A stretch of 63,364 nt of DNA, filler included, from Sluysia triapertura (lineage: Eukaryota): NCBI GenBank assembly GCA_046118255.1. It is 4 parts of 4 records of this genome, joined end to end, with 100 filler letters (N's around TTAATTAATTAA, not from the genome) between each part and the next. Parts side by side here need not be neighbours in the genome. Positions count along the whole stretch, not along the records: positions 52,338 to 63,364 come from JBJNIA010189942.1; 3 more parts are not named here. One strand, written 5' to 3'. Position numbers and translations under genes: made by a program. Below the pieces are notes generated by a model, which saw only the letters and a program-made list of their open reading frames with translations, was not told the DNA's origin and did no database searches. Below, in pieces: positions 52,238 to 63,364 of this stretch. Each line of letters opens with the position of its first letter. The first letter of the stretch is position 1.

Positions 52238-52674
52238 NNNNNNNNNNNNNNNNNNNNNNNNNNNNNNNNNNNNNNNNNNNNTTAATTAATTAANNNNNNN
52301 NNNNNNNNNNNNNNNNNNNNNNNNNNNNNNNNNNNNNTCTTTAAAATAAATTTTTAATTTAATAAAACAAAATGTATAAATTTAAAATTTAATATTTACA
52401 AAAATTTAATAAATATTGAACATATTATTAAAAATAATATTTACAAAATATTAAACATACTATAATTGTCCAAAACAATAGTTATCCAAAATTTAGTAAT
52501 TATCCAAATTCTTTTTGTAAAACATTAAAAATCCAAACAATTTATAAATCACATAATTATCAATGTACATATAATGAAAATGCACACAATTACTCATAAA
52601 TCAATAAATAATCTCTAATTGTTATAACACACATGACACATAAGTTATTTATAGTAAAGTTAATTTGTATGTAC

Positions 52675-52722
<48 letters not shown>
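52675..52722. repeat. (AAT)n microsatellite
   Basis: About 16 AAT units. Confidence 0.95.
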
Positions 52723-52723
<1 letters not shown>

Positions 52724-53082
52724 TAAAATTTATTTTTATTATAATTTATTTTATTTTGTGTTTTCTATATTTTAGTTACTTCTCCCTTTTTAAATTAATT
52801 AAAAAACATTTTCTTTTGCATCTTATTAACTTATATGATGTAAGTTTAGCAATTTGTAACCTCGAATATTTTCTTTCAATCCCCAATTAAAAATTCAAAG
52901 ACTAAGAAAACAATAAAATTAAATAAAAACAAAATTACCAAAGAATGTCAAAACACTGGAATATTATGAAATATTTAAGAAAAACAAAATTCTTTTAATT
53001 TCAGAAATAATCAACGGTTTATATTAAGCGTTTTGAAATACTGATTTTTATAGTAGATATAGTAGTTCTAAATTATTATTAA

Positions 53083-54511
53083 CACTAAACACACCGTGCC
53101 GGGTCAATTGACCCATTTAAGGGTTATTATATGATTTTTTTACTAAACCACCAATTATATTAATTTTTTTGAAATGACTTTTCTTAAAGCATTAATTCTT
53201 TCTTTTTTCATGTAACGTTTTTTAAGAAAAAAATGCAACCTTGCATAAACTACCGTGACGGGTCAATTGATCCTGATTTAAATTCCGTGCAAACATGAGG
53301 TTTTCATTATGTTTTTATGTAACATAAGTATTTATAATGTTTACAAATGTAAAAAAATGTTAATAAATAATGTTATTACATATACATGTAGAAGTATAAC
53401 ACCCATTCATGTGCCTACTCAATAACAAAGTCTATGACGTTAATGTTTTTTACGACGTTTTTTATACTTGATTACTATGACTTCTTTTTTGTTGTATTAC
53501 TCATTCCAACGAAGCAAACGCTTAGAAACTGATAAATTTTCCTTGATTTCTGAAATATGGAATAAATTTATCCAAAAAAGCCAAGATTGTTTCAAACCAG
53601 GCGAACATATTACTATTGATGAACAATTGTTTCCTACTAAAGCACAACAAACCAGATAAGTTTGGCGTAAAATTCTGGTTGGGATCTGATATAAAGACCA
53701 TATCAGAATGGGGAAGGATGAAAACAGAATATTAGAATTTGTTGTTCTGAGACTAATTGAACTATATATAGGATGTGGTAGATTTGTTACCACAGATAGC
53801 TTTGTTACAAGTCCATCTCTGGCTGCAAAGTTACTGCAGAAAAGAACTACTCTTGTAGGGAATATCCGGGAGAACAAAAAAGAATTACCTAAGTTTCCCA
53901 AACAGTCGAAGAATAACATGTCCATTTATTCAAGTAAACTATTCAAATCAGAACATTGTACGCTCACAGTTTACAAAAGTAAAGCAAAAAAAGTTTTACT
54001 TAGTTCAAAGCATAAAACTATCAAAATTGAAGACACTAAAAAGTGTAAACCAGACACAATCAGGTTTATATGTCAGATATGTCAGATCAAATGGCAAGGA
54101 AATACACCGTAAAATCTAAATCACGAAGATGGCCGTTGCAAGTTTTTTTCAATATTTTGGATCTGGCAGGAATTAATGCATGGGTATTATATAAGAAAGC
54201 AACGGGTGAAAACATTTTGAGGCAAGTTTCTATTCAAACTAGTTTCTTTACAAACTTATCACATGTAAAGAGCTATTTATTTTTATTATTATCTGTTTCA
54301 ATATATTTTTGTTGTGTAAAATATTAACATTTTGTTATTGTTTTATTTTAAATCAAGATAAGGAAAAGCTATAATAATTTAATTTGATATAAATACAACA
54401 GTTTCAAATGAAATAATTGGATGTATAACATAAAAGATAGGATTTCATAGATGAGTCATTTGACTCGTGCTGGTAAGAATAGGTATAGATAGACCGACGG
54501 TGTGTTTAGTG
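53083..54511 (+). mobile_element. piggyBac deletion derivative with both ends intact
   Basis: Perfect 15-bp TIR CACTAAACACACCGT/ACGGTGTGTTTAGTG, TTAA TSD on both sides, and subterminal GGGTCAATTGACCC-type palindromes. Confidence 0.97.
53500..54240 (+). pseudogene. piggyBac transposase, deleted and frameshifted
   Basis: PGEHITIDEQLFP, KPDKFGVKFW, GRFVTTDSFVTS, TTLVGNIRENK and RRWPLQVFFNILDLAGINAWVLY. Confidence 0.95.
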
Positions 54512-56244
54512 TTAATATTATTCAATTTATTAACATTATTTAAATTCATTATTTGTAACTCATAAACAATATTTAGGTTTTACAATACATCATTTGTTTC
54601 TAAGATGAATTATGTTATTAAATATTTCATGAGAATTAATGAACTTTAACATTCTACTATGGTTTGTCGTTATTAATTATGATATTTAATAAAATAAATT
54701 ATAATATTATCATCTTATTTAAATAAATATCTAAATACAAAATTAGCATCCAATAAGAAAACTTGAAAAATAGTCAATTTTTAAAACAAAAATGACAAAC
54801 AATTAACATGTTTAATTATTAATAGTTTAAGTAAGCATAAATTCATTGTTATTCTATAGTGAAGCTTCGGGTTGTAAAATTTTAAATTTGAAGAATTTTT
54901 AATTTTTTCTACTTAATTTAACTTGATAAATTAATTAAGTATTTAAAAATATTTTTGATAAACTCGCAGAAAGTTTTATTTTTAAAATATACAAAATATT
55001 TAAGTTCAAATAATATAAATAAGTTGCAGCAAATCATTGGCAATTGTGTTATAAATTTTGTCGTTACTTTATGCTTGTCAATAATCGATGGTTCTTATTC
55101 ACTTTAAAAGTTACTCGTAAACTTTATGAAAATTTAGACTTAAATCCTATCATTAATGCAATGCTTGTACTATATATTTCCCGCAAGCATTATCGCATTT
55201 AAAATTTTTATTCGAAGACACGTTCTTATTAGACTTTTTCATTCGCTTTTTTCATCCTTTAAACATTTTAATCTATTATTTAATTAAAAACTATTATAAG
55301 ATTAATCTATTAAATGAAAATATAATTTTGGGTAGGTTTAAATTTTTTAAATTTTTTACTATTTCATTCACTTTTCTTATTACTTGTATTTGTAATAAAC
55401 ATGAATCATTAATAAATTTATTTAAATATTTTGTTAGATTATTTTTTAAGTTTTTATGTGCGATATAAATGTGCTAAAGGCTAAAGTTTGAGTTTATCTT
55501 TTATTGTATTCAAGATGCACAACTTGAGCTTACAGTTATGGCTTTCTAACACTTATTATAATAAGCTGGAAGTTATTGTTCACTTGTTCCTGGTGTAAGG
55601 GTTGTAAGGAAGTGCAGACTTATTTTATTGATGCAAAAAAGAAAATTCACGTCTTCTCCTAACTCAGAAAATGAAGTAGACTAAACTAGGTAAAATATTC
55701 AGCAATCAATATGACAATTGGGATAATAATAATTCAATACAAAGTACGTAGTTAACATAATAAAACTTAACTTAATAAAATTATTAAGATGTACAACACG
55801 TAATTATTAAGAAAATCTTTAATTAAATTCCAATTTTGTTCTGATTTTTTAAAAAGAAAACCAATTTATAATGACCGTTGGGCGTAGTTGTTGTAAATAT
55901 TGAAAAATTGCATTTAAATTTAAATTACAAAGAAAGTAGGACTTAAGGTCGTCCTGTATTACATCATTAAAGGAAAAATCAATTAAATAATTGTTGATCA
56001 AATAAATTTCGAAATAAAGTTATAAAAGCAAGAAAGGAAATAATCGAAAACATGCATTGACCACTTATAAATCGTAAAACTGTAAAAAAAACTTAAAAAT
56101 CACAAAACAATAAAATCTAAATCAGGGCATGAAATTCAAATTTTGTAGAGTTATAAACACGATCTGAATCGGTTCTGATATATTAAGAACAGGGATACGT
56201 TTTGGTAGCATGTATTTTAAACATTGGAGTTCATTACATAAATA

Positions 56245-57167
56245 AACGACTTGAGGCATTGACAACTGTTTTTGGTAGTGATTTGTAAAATTGTGATCGA
56301 GCTAGTAATTTACAAATTCGTGCCCAAGCAATAATCATATAATTAGAAGATTGATCATCTACACTTAAATTTGAATCAGAATGAACAATTTCTGTGTCCA
56401 ATTCAGTTTGACTTTTAAATAAGAACATTATGATATCTTGTCCATCGACTAAGAATGTATCTCGACCCACGGCAAGGTCCATAAGTGAAATACGTTCAAT
56501 CGTTTTACCTTTCAATAAACACGATTCATGCACAATACAACAATGTTTTAATTAGGATCATAAATTGATCTTAATAAGGCATAAATGAATCGCCACTTGT
56601 ATCAGCAAGAGCTGCTGATTACTAATTTGTTCGAATACTATTTTACAGCCATAATTAATCAATTCACTAAGTTTTAATTCAAGAACTTGGTGTAACTTTT
56701 CTGCTATTCTCGTTAAATAAATCAGATTTACATCTTTTGAAGTGGCTTCTAAGAAATTCGCAAAAGCTGAACCGCCATAAGCTTGCACTCAAGAATTTTC
56801 ATCATCAAGCACTTTCAGGAGATAAGGTACTACTTTGTTATGATATTTCTTTCGCAATTTATTTCCAAAATCAGTACATGCTGCATAACTTACACGAGGA
56901 TGTTCGTCTGACATCTATAACAGATCCCAACATACTTTCCATAAACCTTCATCACATGATGAAATAGCCATTAATCCAGCATGACGTTCTTGCCAATTTA
57001 CTCTTCTCACATATTAGATACTGTAGCCGCAATAACTTGTAATACTCGTTTGCCATGCATCGCACAAGATTATCTAAGGCTATTTCTGCCATAACACTAG
57101 GTTCAGATTCACCTTCGTCGATTTCAGTGTCCTGCATGACCCATAAAGGGTCATCATTTAGTAGAGT
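56245..57167 (-). pseudogene. IPO5: Importin-5 (karyopherin beta-3) central fragment, degraded
   Basis: DDPLW...SVMAEIALDNL, QAYGGSAFANFLE, LLKGKTIERISLMDLAVGRDTF and DDQSSNYMIIAWARICKLL match IPO5 segments [29 protein letters not shown] and DDPQISYMISAWARMCKIL. Confidence 0.92.
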
Positions 57168-58934
57168 TAAAAATTTTTAATAATTTTTTACTTTCATCGA
57201 TTTTAACACTCGGACACGTGGCATAAATATTTAATAAAATTTTATAGCATTTCGACATATTATTAAAAGTGTGCCGTATTACAACAAAAATAAATTTTCG
57301 TCAAAAACATAAATTGCATAAATTTATACATAATCTTTTTTAGAAAAAACTATACATCTTTAAATATAAATATTTACACCATAAGTTAGAATTTTAGAGG
57401 TGCTGCCAAGGAGGACGAAGAAAGGGATATCAGTAAGAAAGACTATAATTAATTTATAAATAATAAAACCTTTGTGTGTTGATGATTTAGTAGCGTGCAT
57501 TTTGTAAGTTGGGCGAGATATGATGATGTTATAAGATTGATAAAATGTTCGTGAATGATTTTGAGGTGATTGTATTTGTGCTTATGTTTGTGTTTATTAA
57601 TGGATAGATTTAACAAAATGATGTGTACATATGTGACACTACATAATTAATGTTAATGATATATTATCAATTCAAAGTAGTTAAATACCTGTACTTATCG
57701 TTAATTAAAATACCTTTCACGTTCAAATAAATTGTGACTATCTTCAACTTGAGTTAATTTTCTTGAATTGATTGTAATAAATTCTTCCATCTATTTGTAC
57801 TCGCATTTTAATTTTTGTATATAACAAAATTACTTTTTATCCACATTGTTATCTATTATTGTTTACATTAAAACTATTTTATTTAAATTATTGTCTATAA
57901 AATAGTGTTATTATTTTTTTAACTTAATTTTAGTTTATAATAAATTACTATACGTGATACTTTGTTTAATATAATCGACTCAATTGTTTTTTTACTTCCA
58001 TTAAATTAATTACGAAGAAGTTTTATATTAAGTTACAGTAAAATTATTCACAATAGTATTCTTTTTATTCTCATTTTATTCATGGTAAAAAACAATAAAT
58101 TTTTTACAATAAAAACCACTCACAATCACATTTATTTTGTTGTTTTATAAACTATTTACAGTAATATTCTTTACTTTATTTTATATTTTATTCCATATTT
58201 TACAATTTCATTCTGTTACATTTTCATTAATTTATTTGATTAATGACGTACTTTTGATCAGTAATCAAAAAATTTATTTTGATCTAAATGTTAATTTTAA
58301 CATTTTAATGTGTTTGTTTTTGTAAATTTAAATAGTAGTTTTGAGATTAAATCAGGTCATACTCAAAATTATTGTAATGATATTTATTAATTATAATTTA
58401 TGCTTAGAGTACACTAGTTTTGTAATAAGCACATAAATCTTTTCATATAATAGAAAATATTAACATAAATATTGTAAATAATAAAATTAAATTAAAAAAA
58501 TTATTACAAAATATCTATCTTAAAATGTCCCAAAATCAGAAATAAATAGAGTAACATAGAAATGTGACGCAAGAAGTGTAGATCTAAATGTGCTAAACTT
58601 AATTAGCAAGTCGGAAGAACGTAAAAAATTATAATTTTATTAAAATGGAAATGAAAAAATGAATGCTAACACGCACAAACCAAAATTAACCAACAAACTA
58701 CTAGAAAGTGAATGAATATGAACACATGTGCATATTTGTTTCTAATGTAGCCAAACAAATTTTATATTAGAAAATTAAATAATACGCAAATGAAATAAAC
58801 TGTAGAAATAAACTGGTCATATAATATAATTAATTATAGGCATATATTAACTATCGAATAGTTAGTGCAGCTAAAAATTAATTGGCTCTGATTTAAATGT
58901 AGTAGAAAATAGGTTAAAGTAAAGTGAGAGAAGA

Positions 58935-59070
58935 ACAACGACTAGAAGAGCTAAATAAAGACAAAAATTTTATGTATTGAAACTTTTCTGAACATGATGA
59001 TGGTGAAGTCAGTAGACCAAGGGAAATGGTAATTATAATGAAATATTAAATATCTAGGAAGTAAGGTCGA
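58935..59070 (+). pseudogene. Possible non-LTR reverse transcriptase scrap
   Basis: ELNKDK...KYLGSKV resembles LxxNxxK...KYLG; very short. Confidence 0.25.
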
Positions 59071-60460
59071 AGTTATTTTGTAATAATATGAAATTAAACC
59101 GAATAGATTTAACTTAAAAAACTTAAAAGAAAACTATCACTATTATAAAGTATACTAGGAATTTTAACGTTGGATTTGAACTTATACTTGTCAACGTATC
59201 TTTGGGATAAATTAAAATGATCATTGATAGCTTCATGATGAAGATTTTTACTTATGATTAATTGAAAACCGTATTTAATTTCAGAAATTTCGTTAATGAT
59301 ATGAGACATCTTAAAGTTATTCTAAGTGATATTTGTTAATACTTACTCTATCGTTATCTAAGTAACTTAAGTACAAATATATTTTAGAATTAAATACTTT
59401 ATAAGTATGACTAAAGTACATTTCAATCTTAATACCGGTTAGTAGAAAATGGCAGGAATTTCAATTCCTATAGCCAATTTTAATTCATCATTAAATTATA
59501 TCAGTCTTACTTTAAAATTAAACTTGATTTCATTATGATATGTAAATATGCGCAAAATTTTATACTTTAATAGCAAAAGGGAGTGATGTGCCCTTTGAAG
59601 AAAAAAAGTAAATATAAACTTAAATAGAATTCTTGTTAAACAAAAAATTATTTTTACACAAAATAAATAAATAAAATTTAAATATGATAAAATGTTGTTT
59701 TGCTTCAAATGTACTTGCATTCGTATTCAAGAAATTCGACACTTTATTGAAGAATCTTACACTTAGTGATGAATCTGATAATAACGTTTCGGAAACTTAT
59801 ATTAAATTCTTAACAATAATTTTATGATTTGGGAACATTAACATCTACATTTTTACCAGTTAATTGTAAATGAATAAAACAAAAGGTAGACTTCGGTTTG
59901 TAAGTGCGGATAAATCGAATAAAGGTTTCATTTGAATTTGTTCGATTAGAATCTGGATTCACCGTTCCTTTGAAACTTTGTCAATCTTTGCCAATAGCGT
60001 GACTGTGATCAGCGTGTGATGAATCTTTTTATAGTAACTTGATCTTTCTGGTTATAAACTAACGTAGACACTCGATTTATTTCATAGATATACTTTTGTT
60101 TATAAAAGTCAAACTTAACAAGTTGAAAATATTTTTAACTAACTAAAATCATTTATAACTAATGATAAAACTTTGAATGGAATATGTTGACTGATGCGTG
60201 ATACATGAATAAATATCACTAACAAATGTTGTTGGTTCATTCATAGTCATAAAGTCTAACCAGAACATTTTTTCTATCATTAAATTTCTCCAATATTTTA
60301 ACCATTACCAGTACATTTTTGTGAGACAATCGGCAGTTGGAACATGTGCCATGGGATTATTTTTACTACACAATTTTCTCCAGCAATAGAAAAAAAGTAT
60401 GATCATTTTTGGTTTTATTGGCCTTTAAATGTCCATATGGAGTCCGCTTAATTAAATTAA

Positions 60461-60965
60461 CACTATTTCTACCCAAGGTATCAAAAGACACCTTTTAACA
60501 TTTTAATTTGAAATTATTTTCTAAGTTTAACCATTTTTTCTCAATTCATCTTTTGACTTTTCGTATAATAATTGTTAAATTTATTTAGCAGTATAATTTT
60601 CCTTCAGCGCATCCTAGATCTAAATATACATATCTGGCAATATAAATAGGTATACACAAAATCGTAGTAGAAATGATAAAATCGTAGTAATGATAAAAAA
60701 GAATATATTTTCAAAGAAAAGTGAATTTAGATATTTTAACACTCTTATTATGATCAATGCATGAAATTTTCATATGTTGTTCATTTTAACAAACAACTTG
60801 TACATGTAACAATTTGTTGCAATTTTTCATGCACTTAACACACAAAATTTTTACAGTTCTTGCATGTTGTGTTCACCTTTTTATCACATTTCCGTGGACA
60901 CTGATATCTTCCACGTTTCTTAGGCAGATTTACTTTCTCAGGTTCAGGTTCTACAACATAATCTA
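60461..60965 (-). mobile_element. piggyBac 3' end with C-terminal cysteine-rich domain remnant
   Basis: TTAA-CACTATTTCTACC terminus; minus strand ~60830-60925 reads PKKRGRYQCPRKCDKKVNTTCKNCKNFVC*VH. Confidence 0.8.
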
Positions 60966-61647
60966 ATCCCACACTTGATGACAAGTCACAATATATTTAG
61001 ATTTAAAATACTTAAGCACGTAACTATAAATTCTTAGTGACAATTTTGCCGAAATGTGCAAATAAAGAAATTATTACAAAAATTGTATGTTTGGGGTTCT
61101 CAAGAAACCTTGCAAGGACATTTAAGAGTTATTATTTCTTTGAATTTGACATCTATAAACATAAATAATGTTTCTGTTTGCAAAAACTTTTAACAAAACA
61201 TTTTGAGCAACAACTCCAATATCGTGAGTATTTTAATGAAATGTTTCAATAGAAAGTACAAATTTCGGAAAACCAGCTATGGTACATTTTAAACATGAAT
61301 TATAGCATTTAAGTTCCAGTATAAAACATTTATTACGAAATGGGCATATTATACTAATTTGATCGTAACTTCATCTTTACCACCAGAGAAGAGTTAAGAC
61401 CAATCTCCAATTTTTGGAATAATACGATTCAAGAGTGGAAAATTGTAGACCATCTCAATCTAGACGGTAATAATAAATTCATTATTCAATATAAAGATGA
61501 AATCTTATTGAAAATCTTAGAAAATTAACAAACGAAAGTGTAAAATATCCCAATATAACAATATTGTACATCTAATACAAATGAAAATCTTTCATTATAT
61601 TTTTGATTTACTATTTTGTCTTCATTAATTATTAATAATGTTTTACG

Positions 61648-61650
<3 letters not shown>

Positions 61651-61697
<47 letters not shown>
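61651..61697. repeat. (TAT)n microsatellite
   Basis: About 15 units. Confidence 0.95.
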
Positions 61698-61700
<3 letters not shown>

Positions 61701-63254
61701 TAATTCAAAATTAAGTATATTTTGAATAATAAAATTTTTTAAAATATGCAACACTATTTTTAAAGTATTGTTTTTTAAAAATTTTCTTCAGTATAGAGTT
61801 CACAACTGTAAAGTTCAATAAACTTTAGGTACCTTAGTATTTCCCTCTGACATACAGCATCTGTCAAATATATTATATTACGGTGGAAAATAACTCCTTA
61901 AATAGTATTTTTCACTGATATCATATTACAGCCAAAAATTTTCTTAATGTCATTCTCCAATAATTTTTCTATAATAAAATATACACATTAACCTTCATGT
62001 ATTTTTACTTTTTATGGCCAATTTTCTTTGTATATAATGGTCAATTTTATAATTCTAGCCAATTTTTTTCCGCTTTATTTATCTGTTATTTTTTCTTTAT
62101 TATAGCTATATTTATATCTGTCTTGTTCTTAATTCAATTTTTACACATATATTATGTTCTTTAGTCTTTAGCACCTTTCCTGATAGGAACCCTCTTCATT
62201 ATTTTTCTTTCGTTATTTTTTGAGTCCAATTTTGAAATCCTTTTCCATTTTCAAATTTCTAAGTTTTTCTTAAGCTTATTAAAGTTATCGAGCAATTTAT
62301 TAAATACTTGTTTTAAGATTTAAACCCATTAATGCCCGTAATTCAAAAGTCATAATTTTACATAATTCATGATTATGTATTGTTACTTTTTTTATATTAA
62401 ACTGTTATTTTTGTTAATAATAAAAATGCTATCTCAGGCATGTTGAAAAGTTATATGTAAGTATATTTACTTAAATGTCACATCATAAGTGCGCTGTTTA
62501 ATAAATAAGTTGCCTGTAGATACTAATTGGTTAGCAATTATATGGTATTATCATAAATTTTATAATTCTCACTGGAATTTTTGTTCAGTACTCAATTGAC
62601 ACAAAATAATTTAATTTAATTTACAAAGTAATTGTTTCAATAAAATTGTTAAAGAAATAATTTTTTTATATTATTAAAATTTATAATTTAACACATTATT
62701 TAATGTTATGTTACGAAATCTTACATTTTTATTATATTAAAATCATCATTTATTTATATTAGGAGCAATAAGTATTTCGTAATTTTTACAATATTACAGT
62801 TCTTTTATTGTTTTTCTTATTACATTTTTGAATAATTATGACAATTAAAATTTGAAATTAATTTATATTTAAGTAATACAATTGATAAGTGTTAAGATTA
62901 ATATACTTAATTTATGAAGTTTGAATGTACATATTTTAATTGTTTAAAAAAATATTTAACACCATAACGAAAATTGCTATAAAAAGAATCTCTCAATCTT
63001 TGAATATCATAAATTTATTTAAATACACTAAATTTATAACTGTTTTTTTTCGTTTGAAAAGAAATCATCAAGGGAATCACTATTAATTTCCTTAACATAA
63101 ACAAAACAGGAAATTTTCATATCAATATTTAACAAATAAAATCGTCTGAATCGATAGAATATTAATGCAATATTAGTTTATTCACTTTCTTTGATACTGT
63201 ATTGCCAATTTCATTTCATACTTAAAATATACATATAATTTTAAGTATGTTTAA

Positions 63255-63364
63255 CCCTTTCAGCCCCGAATTTTTTTCCTTAAGATGTATGGTGATTTAT
63301 TGTCTTTATAGATGATGATTTAGGAAAAATGTATGAAAATTGTAAATATTGACGTGAAGTAAAA
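63255..63364. mobile_element. piggyBac-type terminus running out of the window
   Basis: TTAA followed by CCCTTTCAGCCCCGAATT. Confidence 0.5.

Overview
Very AT-rich eukaryotic draft-assembly DNA with N gaps, three of which contain an artificial TTAATTAATTAA linker. A radial-spoke (RSPH9) remnant and short GT-AG introns suggest a ciliated, probably animal, host with a compact genome (inference). No intact conserved gene was recognised. The window is mostly decayed transposons (many piggyBac ends and derivatives, a mariner, a hAT MITE, a Maverick/Polinton-type DNA polymerase relic) plus broken fragments of host genes (IPO5, RSPH9, an ABCG transporter, a MATCAP/DUF1704 peptidase, an E1-like enzyme, a kinase-like gene) and intronless orphan ORFs. 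The strongest signal is a ~160-bp non-coding mobile element present six times. It has TGT...ACA ends and a different 4-bp target-site duplication at each copy, and carries a tRNA-Cys-like Pol III cassette. The anticodon stem of this cassette covaries between subfamilies, and its loop holds a self-complementary CTGCGCAG. Other leads are a tail-to-tail pair of distantly paralogous orphan genes behind a conserved hairpin module, and a repeat family with an almost G-free strand. All protein assignments come from motif recognition by eye; no searches were run.
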